Translations under genes and position numbers: made by a program | From: Candidatus Omnitrophota bacterium | GTDB taxonomy: Bacteria; Omnitrophota; Gorgyraeia; Zapsychrales; Zapsychraceae | Reading direction: 5' to 3' | Assembly: GCA_016931055.1 (NCBI GenBank) | Contig: JAFGFL010000062.1 | Location: forward strand, 17,451 to 81,450 | DNA: 64,000 bases | Notes under the pieces: generated by a model | Told to the model about the DNA's origin: nothing | Seen by the model: only the letters and a program-made list of their open reading frames with translations | Database searches by the model: none | Part shown: positions 37,573-46,121 of the stretch, one piece after another | Layout of the letters: every line of letters starts with the position of its first letter | Numbering within the stretch: position 1 is the first letter of the stretch

Positions 37573-39207
37573 ATGCTTAAAATTTTGCGTAAAAAGGGTA
37601 TTGCCAAGAAAATCCTATGGGTTGTCGCCGTTGTCATTATCATTTCTTTTGGATTTTTCGGGACAGCGTACCTTTTAACCGGAAAGGGAGTTGTAGGATA
37701 CGCGGGCAAGATCTTCGGTAAAAAAGTCTCTTTGGAGGATTTTGATAACGTTTACCAAGAGACCCGCATGCAAGCCATCCGCCAATATGGCGCTGACCTG
37801 GACAAAGTGGCCCATCTTCTGAATCTCGAAGCCCAAACGTGGGACCGGATGATCCTTCTTCATGAGGCAAAAAAGAGAAGGATCCATATTTCCAATGAGC
37901 AAGTCGTCCAGGCCATAAGACAAGACCCGTCCTTCCAGAGAAACGGCCGTTTTGACGTCCTTATCTATAACGCCATTCTCCGGACCCTGCGCATCCGGGC
38001 AAGGGATTATGAAGAGACAATGCGCGATAATCTGAAAATCTCCGAGCTCTACAGGCAAGCGACTTCCTCTGTGACAATCTCGGAGGAAGAGGTTTTTGAA
38101 GAATACAAGAAACGCAACGAAAAAATCCAGATCAGTTATGTCTTGGTGTCCCCAGAGTCATTCAAGGATGAGATTACCGCGAACGCCGACCAAATTAAAC
38201 AATATTACGAAGATCATAAGGCCGAATTCCGAATGCCGCCAACCATTGATGTCCGCTATCTAACCTTCGCCTTTCCCGAAGAAATCAAAAAAAATGAAAA
38301 GCTGGTAACTGAAACAGCCGTTGAAGCTGGACAAGAAAATAACGACGAATCAGGAGAGGAAACATCCGCTGAGGAAGGGCAAAAAGAAAACGGCAATGCG
38401 GGAACAGAATCGCCTGCCGATGAGAACGAACAAGAGATCGCCCGCGAAAAAGAAATCGATGTGATCCGGGAAAAGGCAGATGCTGTTTTTCAAGAGCTTT
38501 TAATCAATCCGAATATGGAAGAAGTCGCCGGCAAAAATAACCTTACCGTTGAAAACACCGGATTTTTCAGCATGGAACAACCAAACCTCACGGCAGGCTG
38601 GTCCTACGACATCCTTAATGACCTTTTCCAAATGGATGTGAATGAAATCAGCGAGCCTTATGAAACGGCGGACGGCATCACCATTCTGCAAATCAAAGAA
38701 AATCGAGAATCGTATACGCCTGAATTCCAGGAGGCTAAAGAAAAAGCCCAGGAAGCCGTCATCGAGAAAGAGGCCGGAAAAATCGCCGAACAAAAAGCGG
38801 CTGAAAATCTCAAAGCGATCAAAGAAGAATTAAATAAATCAAAACTGCAGGATTTTCCAAAAGCGGCCAAGGATTTGGGGCTTAAAATTGACCAGACGCC
38901 CACGTTTAACCGCGGCCAGTATCTGCCTCAAATCGGGATCTCCAAAGAATTTCAAGAAGCCGCTTTCGCGCTCACGGAAGATAACAAGGTCAGTGAGGTC
39001 GTCGAAACGGCCAAAGGATACTGCATCCTTCATCTTGACGACTATGTCCCCATAGAGAACAGCGATTACGAAAAAGCCAAAGACGCCTTGGCCCAAGAGC
39101 TTTCGGATGAGAAACGCAATGCCGCCTTTGCGGATTTTGTGTCGCAGTTGAGGATCAAAGCCAATCTGATTGATCATCTCCCTGAATTACGGGCCCGGTT
39201 CCAATAA
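37573..39207 (+). CDS. membrane-anchored periplasmic chaperone / peptidyl-prolyl isomerase (PpiD/SurA family)
   Basis: MLKILRKKGIAKKILWVVAVVIIISFGFFG is a TM anchor, followed by a SurA-N-like domain and a parvulin-like region. I chose this start for SD spacing. The track start at 37549 lies inside the leader element. Confidence 0.75.
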   Translation: MLKILRKKGIAKKILWVVAVVIIISFGFFGTAYLLTGKGVVGYAGKIFGKKVSLEDFDNVYQETRMQAIRQYGADLDKVAHLLNLEAQTWDRMILLHEAKKRRIHISNEQVVQAIRQDPSFQRNGRFDVLIYNAILRTLRIRARDYEETMRDNLKISELYRQATSSVTISEEEVFEEYKKRNEKIQISYVLVSPESFKDEITANADQIKQYYEDHKAEFRMPPTIDVRYLTFAFPEEIKKNEKLVTETAVEAGQENNDESGEETSAEEGQKENGNAGTESPADENEQEIAREKEIDVIREKADAVFQELLINPNMEEVAGKNNLTVENTGFFSMEQPNLTAGWSYDILNDLFQMDVNEISEPYETADGITILQIKENRESYTPEFQEAKEKAQEAVIEKEAGKIAEQKAAENLKAIKEELNKSKLQDFPKAAKDLGLKIDQTPTFNRGQYLPQIGISKEFQEAAFALTEDNKVSEVVETAKGYCILHLDDYVPIENSDYEKAKDALAQELSDEKRNAAFADFVSQLRIKANLIDHLPELRARFQ

Positions 39208-39690
39208 GACTTCCTTATAATCAGGAAGAAGGGCATGTTCCTCGGAAAGGACCCTTCCCTCCCTGCTGAGAAGGAAAAATGTCGGGAAACCGATGATGTT
39301 ATATTTCTCCGAGACAATTCCGTCCTTGTCCAAAAAAGAATCATAGGAAATGTTTTCGGAGTCAACATAAGCCTTCACCTTCCTGGAGTCCTCACCGACA
39401 TCAACCAGAATGACCTTGATCCCTTGTCCTTCAATATCTGCCCGTTGGCCATTCAGCGCCGCCAGTTGGCTCCGGCAGTGGGGACACCATGTTGTCCAAA
39501 AGAACAGAATGGCCGGCTGGCCGGCCCGGACAGAGTTCATGGACTCACTGCGGCCGCTCAATGTCAACAAAGTAAAATCCGGGGCAAGTTGACCTAAAAG
39601 CGGATTGGGGCCTCTTAAAAACGGGCCGCATGACCTAAGAAGGATAAAGACCACAAAAACCGCGAGAAGCGCTTTGATGATTAATTTCAT
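39187..39690 (-). CDS. TlpA/ResA-family thiol-disulfide oxidoreductase
   Basis: Signal/anchor sequence and a thioredoxin motif FWTTWCPHC. Confidence 0.85.
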   Translation of the reverse strand: MKLIIKALLAVFVVFILLRSCGPFLRGPNPLLGQLAPDFTLLTLSGRSESMNSVRAGQPAILFFWTTWCPHCRSQLAALNGQRADIEGQGIKVILVDVGEDSRKVKAYVDSENISYDSFLDKDGIVSEKYNIIGFPTFFLLSREGRVLSEEHALLPDYKEVLLEPGP

Positions 39691-39694
39691 AAAG

Positions 39695-40009
39695 TTATGC
39701 CAAGCAGCTTTCTTCGATCCATTTTAAATAGTCCCGGCTCCCGTCAATGATCGGCAATGCGATGATCTCAGGCACATCATAACTGTGGATCAGCGTTGCC
39801 GCCTTCATGATCGCTTTAAAACAGCTGTGTTTCGCTTTTAAGATCATCAGGACTTCATTGGCCTTATCGGCCTTGCCCTGCCACCAAAAAACGGACCGAA
39901 CGCCTTTGATAATATTCGCGCAGGCAATCAGCTTGTCTTTCACTAATTTTGCCGCGATCTTGTTCGCTTCCTTGACGTCTTTAGCCGTGATAAAAACAAC
40001 AATGTACAT
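39695..40009 (-). CDS. cutA: divalent-cation tolerance protein CutA
   Basis: 104 aa with ...LIACANI...SVFWWQGK...HSYDVPEIIALPI. Confidence 0.85.
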   Translation of the reverse strand: MYIVVFITAKDVKEANKIAAKLVKDKLIACANIIKGVRSVFWWQGKADKANEVLMILKAKHSCFKAIMKAATLIHSYDVPEIIALPIIDGSRDYLKWIEESCLA

Positions 40010-40029
40010 CCTTATCCTCCGTTCTTAAG

Positions 40030-40731
40030 TTAGTGATCTTTTAACATCATCAAAGAAATCATCCTGCCGGCAAAATCCCCTTGCCTCCGATAGGAGAAAT
40101 AGTTTTCGTCACAACAGGTGCAGATGCCGCAGTCTGTAACGTTCTCTTCTTTGACGCCGGATTGAAGCGCCTGATTCCTGTTGACCTCAACTAAATCCAG
40201 ATAATGTTTCCCCTTCTTTGGGATAATATCCTTGGGGAAGCAGGCTTGAACATCGCCCCCGATTTCATAGCAACAGGCCCGGATTGCCGGGCCAAAAGCG
40301 ATCTTAACGCTTTGCGGCCGGGCCTTCATAAGCCTTAATCCTTTAAGAAGAATCTCTTTTGCCGTCCCTTTCCATCCGGCGTGGAAAAGACCGATCTTTC
40401 TCCGGCTGGGATCGTAGGCAAATATCGGAACACAATCGGCCGTGCGCACGACAACGGGCAGGTTTACTGTGTCTGTCACAATTCCATCGGCTTCCTCTAA
40501 AACCTGAGGGGCAATATACGGTTTATCTTTCGGGACAACAATAATCCTGTCGCCGTGGACCTGGCGGATGTTCACTGCTTTTGTGATTTGGAAACCCAGC
40601 TGCGCGGACAAGAAATTTTTTTGGCCCCCGGTCAGAGAGGCCTGGCCTGCCGCCAGGCAAAAATCCTCCGGGCGCCTGCTGATAAATGTGACAACTTCCG
40701 GCGGGAAAACATTATTGAAGAATGGCGTCAT
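40030..40731 (-). CDS. pgeF: peptidoglycan editing factor PgeF (YfiH / polyphenol oxidase-like family)
   Basis: QVHGDRI...TADCVPI...HAGWKGT motifs. I trimmed the start to ATG 40731, which leaves a 20-nt overlap with rmuC. The track start would overlap by 101 nt. Confidence 0.8.
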   Translation of the reverse strand: MTPFFNNVFPPEVVTFISRRPEDFCLAAGQASLTGGQKNFLSAQLGFQITKAVNIRQVHGDRIIVVPKDKPYIAPQVLEEADGIVTDTVNLPVVVRTADCVPIFAYDPSRRKIGLFHAGWKGTAKEILLKGLRLMKARPQSVKIAFGPAIRACCYEIGGDVQACFPKDIIPKKGKHYLDLVEVNRNQALQSGVKEENVTDCGICTCCDENYFSYRRQGDFAGRMISLMMLKDH

Positions 40732-41857
40732 CTTCGATAGGTTCGTCCTGGGAGATCTCGATGACATCGCTGGAACCGTCAAAAGCGATTTTGTTTCCTT
40801 TTTTGTAGCCATCGATCTGCTGGATCTTGCTGTCCAGCTGCTTAAAACTTTTGTTTTTCACATCGGAATAAAGGCCTTCGAGCTTTTCGATCGATTTGCC
40901 GATATCCTCAAAGCGCATTTTGCACCGTTCAAAGATCTTCGCGAACTGGTCGATGGACAAAATGATTTTCTTGAGGTCTTTTTCATACCTGAAGTTTTCA
41001 AAGGCTTGGCGGATGACGCTGAGCATCGCGTACAGCGTGAACGGGGAACACAAAACGACTTTTTGCCTAAGCGCCTCGTCCATCAACTCCGGCATTTCCG
41101 ATTGGATAAATCCGAACACCTGTTCATTGGGGATAAAAAGCAGGACAAAATCCAAGGTGTTCTCGGCAAGGTTGATATAATCCCTGTTCTGTATTTCCTT
41201 GATCCTTGCCTTGACGTTCTTCTCGAATTCTTTGCGGTATTTATCGACTTCCGTGTCAACCTCGGCGGCCATCATGTTCTGATAATTGTCCAAAGGGAAT
41301 TTGACGTCCATGTTGATCTTATGTTTGTCGGGCAGGAAGAACGTGTAGTCAGGTTTGGTGGCCACCGTGTCCAGTTTCGTCTGTTTGCGGTAGTTCACCC
41401 CTTCGGCAAGGCCAGTATAGCGGATAATGTCCTCCGCCATCCGCTCCCCCCACTGCCCTCGCTTCTGATTGCTGCCGAGGATATTATTCAAATTATTGGT
41501 GGTCTCCTGAAGTTTTGCCGTCGCAAGCGAGGCGTTCTTCAGCTCATTCTCCAGGTTGCCGTACTTCTGGGCGCGGTCCCGCTCAAGATCGCGGAGCATC
41601 TGTTGATACCGTTCCAGCTGCTCTTTTAATCCCCTGACCGAATTTTCGACCATCTGTTTGCGTGTTTCCAATTCGGTCGTTGCCTTATTCTGCTCGGCCT
41701 CAAACTGCTGGCGGGCCAGCTGAAGGAACTGCTCCTGGCTTTCTTTGACGTCCTGGTGAATTTGCTTCCTGAAATAGGCCGTCAAGGCAAGAAATACGGC
41801 CACCAAAAACGCGGCAACCAGGAAAAAACCTAAAATGATCATCCCTAAACTATTCAT
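40712..41857 (-). CDS. rmuC: DNA recombination protein RmuC
   Basis: N-terminal TM, a long coiled coil and a C-terminal RmuC nuclease-like domain (PDYTFFLPD...DVKFPL). Confidence 0.85.
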   Translation of the reverse strand: MNSLGMIILGFFLVAAFLVAVFLALTAYFRKQIHQDVKESQEQFLQLARQQFEAEQNKATTELETRKQMVENSVRGLKEQLERYQQMLRDLERDRAQKYGNLENELKNASLATAKLQETTNNLNNILGSNQKRGQWGERMAEDIIRYTGLAEGVNYRKQTKLDTVATKPDYTFFLPDKHKINMDVKFPLDNYQNMMAAEVDTEVDKYRKEFEKNVKARIKEIQNRDYINLAENTLDFVLLFIPNEQVFGFIQSEMPELMDEALRQKVVLCSPFTLYAMLSVIRQAFENFRYEKDLKKIILSIDQFAKIFERCKMRFEDIGKSIEKLEGLYSDVKNKSFKQLDSKIQQIDGYKKGNKIAFDGSSDVIEISQDEPIEDDAILQ

Positions 41858-41895
41858 TCCGTTTTCCCTTAAACAACCGATTGATCTTGCCTATC

Positions 41896-41924
41896 ATAAT
41901 ATATGAAATCCCCGATATAATCAA
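41896..41924 (-). promoter_or_regulatory. candidate sigma70 promoter for rmuC
   Basis: The minus strand reads TTGATT-17 nt-TATTAT, directly downstream of the small-ORF terminator and ~40 nt before the rmuC ATG. Confidence 0.45.
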
Positions 41925-41950
41925 ATTTTTCCTTGGCCGAGCCCGGAGAC

Positions 41951-41994
41951 AAAAAACCCCTGATGGCTTTGGTTCAAAATTGGGCCATCAGGGG
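41951..41994 (-). terminator. rho-independent terminator of the 51-aa ORF
   Basis: The minus strand reads CCCCTGATGGC-[16 nt]-GCCATCAGGGG followed by TTTTTT. It begins 7 nt after the stop. Confidence 0.8.
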
Positions 41995-42000
41995 TAAGAT

Positions 42001-42156
42001 TTACTTTACTTCCTGCTCGAGCAACTTAATGATCTTTTCCAGGCGGGCCGTAATCGCGATAGGCACAAAAATAATCCAGATAAGCAAGAAGACTTTAATA
42101 CCAAAACAAATAATATCAGCGCTTAACCCGCCTTGACCTAAACTGAAAGGGCACAT
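42001..42156 (-). CDS. 51-aa small membrane protein (hypothetical)
   Basis: Not in the ORF track. My translation is MCPFSLGQGGLSADIICFGIKVFLLIWIIFVPIAITARLEKIIKLLEQEVK. It has a strong SD (AAAGGAGAA 6 nt upstream), its own promoter and its own terminator. Confidence 0.7.
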   Translation of the reverse strand: MCPFSLGQGGLSADIICFGIKVFLLIWIIFVPIAITARLEKIIKLLEQEVK

Positions 42157-42200
42157 ATAGTTCTCCTTTCTGGCTCTTTACCAGCAATCTCATTGCTATG

Positions 42201-42229
42201 ATTATACCTGTCGGGCATTTTGATGTAAA
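42201..42229 (-). promoter_or_regulatory. near-consensus sigma70 promoter for the 51-aa ORF
   Basis: The minus strand reads TTTACA-17 nt-TATAAT, ~45 nt upstream of ATG 42156. Confidence 0.6.
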
Positions 42230-42241
42230 GCAACATCTTGC

Positions 42242-42997
42242 TCATTTTGCATCACACTCGCAGCAAAGGTAGCCGGCTTTAGCGGAGATCCGGTCACGTT
42301 TTGAAGGTAACGCCCTGTGGCAGCGGGAACACTTATGGACCAACGAATAATGGAAACTATTCAAAGGGCATTGCGGGCACAGGGGATTCGACTTGCAGAA
42401 GTCTTTTCCCAAGCGCACGATTAAGGCATGGTATTCATTGAACAAGGACACGTCATGGTCCAGCGACCGCATGAACATGTCTTGAACCGCATGATAATCA
42501 GCGTCTTGCTGCGCCATGTTGTGCCGGTAGAGAATCCGTTTGGTGTAGGCGTCAACGACAAAGACCGGTTTGTCCAGCGCGTACAGGAGGATCGAATCGG
42601 CCGTCTCCGGGCCGATGCCGCTTACCTCAAGAAGCTTATGCCGCAACACGGCCATGTCTTCCCGCGCCATCTTCTTTAGGTCCCCGTCATATTCGCGGAA
42701 CATGAAAGAAATGAAGTTCTTGAGCCTCTTGGTCTTGATATTGAAATAACCGGCGGGACGGATCAGTAAGGCGAGTTTCTTAGGCGAAACCTTTTTGAGC
42801 GCCTGCGGCGACAATAATCTTTTTTGTTTCAGATTGTTTAACGCCTTCTCGACATTGCCCCAGTTGGTATTTTGGGTCAGGATGGCGCCAACCATGACTT
42901 CAAAGCGCGTTTGGGCAGGCCACCATTTCTGGGGACCAAAGGCCTTAAACAACCGTTGATACACGGCCATCAAGGCCGTCTTTGTAGCTTCGCTCAT
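42242..42997 (-). CDS. endonuclease III-related HhH-GPD protein with an extra C-terminal Cys cluster
   Basis: HhH motif LLEVSGIGPETAD, a Cys cluster CKSNPLCPQCP, and a C-terminal CSRCH...CCEC. Confidence 0.75.
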   Translation of the reverse strand: MSEATKTALMAVYQRLFKAFGPQKWWPAQTRFEVMVGAILTQNTNWGNVEKALNNLKQKRLLSPQALKKVSPKKLALLIRPAGYFNIKTKRLKNFISFMFREYDGDLKKMAREDMAVLRHKLLEVSGIGPETADSILLYALDKPVFVVDAYTKRILYRHNMAQQDADYHAVQDMFMRSLDHDVSLFNEYHALIVRLGKDFCKSNPLCPQCPLNSFHYSLVHKCSRCHRALPSKRDRISAKAGYLCCECDAK

Positions 42998-43015
42998 ACT
43001 ACTTTAGATTGTAAC

Positions 43016-43100
43016 GCTCCTCCCCCTTTATGGGGGATGTGAGGTGGGGGGTGATGTCGTCGGACTCCCCCTCCCCTATCCCCTCCCGCAAGGGGAGGGG
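43016..43100. repeat. G/C-run palindromic element (two hairpins; G4-type motif on the minus strand)
   Basis: CCCCC-TTTAT-GGGGG lies at 43022-43036 and CCCCTCCC-GCAA-GGGGAGGGG at 43080-43100. The minus strand reads GGGAGGGGATAGGGGAGGGGG at 43067-43087. Confidence 0.6.
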
Positions 43101-43207
43101 AAACTAAAATTTTACAAAGTACTAGTTACCGACGGCGGGCTTTGGAGCGCGCGATATCGTCAAAGGTCCAGTCTCTTTCCTTCTTCGATTGCTGTTCCGG
43201 GACGCTA

Positions 43208-43642
43208 TCATATCTCCTGACGTCCATCCTCTGCCGCGGTTTCTTGCTTGCTTTCCCCATGGGCAGCCTCGATATATTGAATTTTTACAAGATCCCCGTT
43301 CAGGTCAAAGTAAAGGTAAATTTTTTCCCCGCCGAAATAGGCCGTCGCGTAGCGGTAAAGCCACATCTCTAATTCCCGACTTTCTATGGTCTCGTTCCGG
43401 GCAAACACCGGTTCGCCAAAAGCCTTGCGGACCTTTTTTTGATTTGAATACGATTTGAGCGTGCCGGCCTTGGCTTCTTCCAGCATCCGTTCAAAGTTCC
43501 GGTCTTGTGCCTTGATATACTGATTTAATTGCTCTTGCTCATCCGCCAGGCCTTTCAGCGTCAAGAGCTGGTCAAGATGGCTGACTTTCGCGCAGCCGCA
43601 AAGAAACAGGCATCCCGTAAAAATAATCACGAATTTTTTCAA
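43208..43642 (-). CDS. hypothetical lipoprotein
   Basis: Signal peptide with lipobox FLCGC. I do not recognise the family. Confidence 0.65.
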   Translation of the reverse strand: MKKFVIIFTGCLFLCGCAKVSHLDQLLTLKGLADEQEQLNQYIKAQDRNFERMLEEAKAGTLKSYSNQKKVRKAFGEPVFARNETIESRELEMWLYRYATAYFGGEKIYLYFDLNGDLVKIQYIEAAHGESKQETAAEDGRQEI

Positions 43643-43693
43643 GCCAACCGCTCCTTTTTTACTGCCATCAGAATAGTAGAAAAAAAGATTGTC

Positions 43694-43789
43694 TTAACGC
43701 GAATCGTCGCGAATCTAACACTGATTTACGCGAATATCAGTACTGTTATTTGCGACCATTTGCCTTTGATTTGCGTAAATTCGCGTTAA
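43694..43789. repeat. 96-bp CGCGAAT/ATTCGCG palindromic repeat, copy A
   Basis: Terminal inverted repeats TTAACGCGAAT...ATTCGCGTTAA. It matches the copy at 49747-49843 at ~75 of 97 positions (manual alignment) in the same orientation. Confidence 0.75.
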
Positions 43790-43806
43790 AAATATCTCTT
43801 CAAATT

Positions 43807-44055
43807 TTACCACCGGAACCAGACGAAAATCCTTCCCCAGTTTTTATCATCTTTTTCTATCCTATGATAGACCCCTTTATACTCTTTTTCAAGGAAGCGT
43901 AAGACATATTTTTTCAGCTGGCCGCTGCCTTTGCCGGGGATGATCTCAACGCACTTGGCGCGCTTCTCCTGCGCCTCGGCCATAACGGCCGTTAACGCAT
44001 GTTCCAGCTGCCTGCCGCTGGAATAAATATCGTGTAAATCAAGTTTCAGTTTCAT
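43807..44055 (-). CDS. Smr (small MutS-related) domain protein
   Basis: 82 aa with LDLHD...VEIIPGKGSG. Confidence 0.75.
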   Translation of the reverse strand: MKLKLDLHDIYSSGRQLEHALTAVMAEAQEKRAKCVEIIPGKGSGQLKKYVLRFLEKEYKGVYHRIEKDDKNWGRIFVWFRW

Positions 44056-44066
44056 GGCATTGCTGT

Positions 44067-44137
44067 CATTCTGAGCGAAGCGAAGAATCTCGACCGTCCA
44101 AATCCTTCGTCGCTATCGCACCTCAGGATGAAGAATG
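44067..44137. repeat. imperfect palindromic intergenic element
   Basis: CATTCTGAGCGAAGCGAAGAATC...GATTCCTTCG-like...CTCAGGATGAAGAATG. The arms are CATTCT/AGAATG, CTGAG/CTCAG and CGAAGAAT/ATCCTTCG. Confidence 0.55.
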
Positions 44138-44144
44138 TTTATCC

Positions 44145-46091
44145 CTATTTCGTTATCCGCTCTTTTTCCTCGTTCAAGTTCTTGATCGTAGTCTCGATCT
44201 CACGCAACCGGCTTTGGATGTCCTTCAGCCGCCTTCCGTATTCTTTCAGCACGTCGGGGTCCCGCTTATCAAACGATTTGGAAAGATGCCGGGATTTGAC
44301 ATAACTTTCCATCTCAAGGTCTTTTTGCTCTTGTTCCAAATTCTTGACCTCATTCTTGATCTGGGCAATCCTTTTTAAGGCCTGTTTGTGCTGCGCTTTA
44401 AGCTCCGCGAGCGCCCCGCTTTCTTTCTCTTTCTTGTCTTGCTTATGCTTTTCTTTCTTCGCCTTGTTCTCATCCTCTTTCTGCTTACGTTTCTCTTCGT
44501 TGGATTCCGCTTCCGACTCCTTTTTCTTCCCTAAATAATAGTCCAGGCCGCCGGCATAGATCTTGATCTTCCCCTCATTCACATCGATGATGCAATCGGC
44601 GATCTGTTGGATGAAATACAGGTCATGGCTGATGAAACAGGCCGTCCCTTCAAACTTCACAAACGCCGCCGTCAACGCCTGGACACCGTCAAGGTCCAGG
44701 TGCGTTGTCGGCTCGTCCAAAAGCATAAAATTGGGCGGGTCGATCAGAAGCTTGGCCAAGATCAGCCGGCTCTTTTCTCCGCCGGATAAGACCTTGACTT
44801 GCTTAAAGACATCATCCCCGCGGAAATTGAACAGCCCTAAAAGGCTTCTGACCTGGACGGCCGAGACATTCTTCCCGGACAGGCTGACCTCATCAAACGC
44901 CGTCCTGTCCGGATTTAAGACATCGAGCCGCGTCTGCGAAAAATATCCGACATCCACCTGGTGGCCGTAATTGATTGTTCCCGAATCCGGCTTCAGCACG
45001 CCGGCCAGCATCTTAAGCAAGGTCGATTTCCCGGCGCCGTTGGGGCCAACGAGACAGATCTTCTGCCCTTTGACGATCTCCAGATCAAGGCTTTCGTACA
45101 CGGTGATGTCCCCATAGGACTTGGCGACATCCGACAACCGCGCCACCGTGTACCCGCTTTGTTTGATCTGAGAAAATTCAAATTCCTTGATGCTCTCCTC
45201 TTCCTGCGCCAACTCAATGTCCTCGAGCCGTTCGATCATCTTGCGTTTATTGCGCACCGCCGCCGCGCGGTTCGGCTGGGCATGGAACCGCTGCGTAAAA
45301 CGCTCCAGCTGCTGGCGTTTTTTATCGACGACCTTTTTCCTGCGCTCCAGGGACTTTTGCTGGATCCCCTTCTGATCTTCATAAGTTTCATAATTTCCCT
45401 TGACCTTGGTCATCTGGGCGCCTTCCAGGATGATCGTGTAGTTCGTGACGTCGTTTAAGAAAACCCGGTCGTGGGAGATCAGGACAAACGCCCCCTGGTA
45501 AGACGCGAGAAAATCCTTAAGCCACAACGTCGCGCCCAAATCCAGATAGTTCGTCGGCTCATCCAATAGCAGGAGGTCATACGGATAGGTCAGCATTTTT
45601 GCCAGCAGCGTCCGCATCTTCCAGCCGCCGCTTAATTCTTCGATGGGGCGGTGAAAGTCCGTGGTCTTAAAACCGAGCCCCATGAGGATCTTCTCGACTT
45701 TATGCTCGATCTCATAGACGCCCATCATTTCCAGCTCGTGAAGGATGTCGCCATAGCGGTCCGTGTCGGCCTTTTGCGCATCCTCTAATTTCCGCTTTTC
45801 CTCTTTCAGGGCCCGGATCCGGTCATCGCCCGAAGTGAGCTCTTCCATGACCGTTCTTTTAGATTCAAATTTCGCTTCCTGCGGGAGATAACCGATATTG
45901 ATATTCTTCTGGACCTGAATAGTGCCGGCGAGCGGTTCCGTCTGCCCGAGGATGATGGAAAACAGCGTGGTCTTCCCGGCGCCGTTGGGGCCGGTCAGCC
46001 CGATGCGCTCTTTGGGGAAAATGCTTAAGTTCACATCCTTAAACAACGTCCGCTTCGCGAACCCCATCGTTATGTTGTTGATCGTGATCAT
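44145..46091 (-). CDS. ABC-F family ATPase (translation-associated)
   Basis: Two ABC modules (GPNGAGKTT, GPNGAGKST), no TM domain, and a Lys/Glu-rich C-terminal coiled coil. Confidence 0.9.
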   Translation of the reverse strand: MITINNITMGFAKRTLFKDVNLSIFPKERIGLTGPNGAGKTTLFSIILGQTEPLAGTIQVQKNINIGYLPQEAKFESKRTVMEELTSGDDRIRALKEEKRKLEDAQKADTDRYGDILHELEMMGVYEIEHKVEKILMGLGFKTTDFHRPIEELSGGWKMRTLLAKMLTYPYDLLLLDEPTNYLDLGATLWLKDFLASYQGAFVLISHDRVFLNDVTNYTIILEGAQMTKVKGNYETYEDQKGIQQKSLERRKKVVDKKRQQLERFTQRFHAQPNRAAAVRNKRKMIERLEDIELAQEEESIKEFEFSQIKQSGYTVARLSDVAKSYGDITVYESLDLEIVKGQKICLVGPNGAGKSTLLKMLAGVLKPDSGTINYGHQVDVGYFSQTRLDVLNPDRTAFDEVSLSGKNVSAVQVRSLLGLFNFRGDDVFKQVKVLSGGEKSRLILAKLLIDPPNFMLLDEPTTHLDLDGVQALTAAFVKFEGTACFISHDLYFIQQIADCIIDVNEGKIKIYAGGLDYYLGKKKESEAESNEEKRKQKEDENKAKKEKHKQDKKEKESGALAELKAQHKQALKRIAQIKNEVKNLEQEQKDLEMESYVKSRHLSKSFDKRDPDVLKEYGRRLKDIQSRLREIETTIKNLNEEKERITK

Positions 46092-46121
46092 TGATGATGT
46101 AATAAATACTACTTACTTTAG

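Noticed and set aside
37395-37709. 104-aa minus-strand ORF in the hisG/ppiD divergent region
   Set aside because: It covers the ppiD promoter, leader element copy b and the ppiD 5' end in antisense. It has no SD and no recognisable family.
40568-41629. 353-aa plus-strand ORF
   Set aside because: It is entirely antisense to a clearly recognisable RmuC gene, and its low-complexity, Leu/Phe/Val-rich translation shows no motifs. It is a typical shadow ORF. The same reasoning applies to 5892-6554, 21823-22494, 51328-52023, 15128-15694 and 18246-18842 on the plus strand.
42998-43135. Possible MITE bounded by ACTACTTTAGATTGTAA / TTTACAAAGTACTAGT
   Set aside because: The putative terminal inverted repeats align only with several gaps. 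I could find no target-site duplication and no second copy in the window, so I kept only the internal G/C-run hairpins as a feature.
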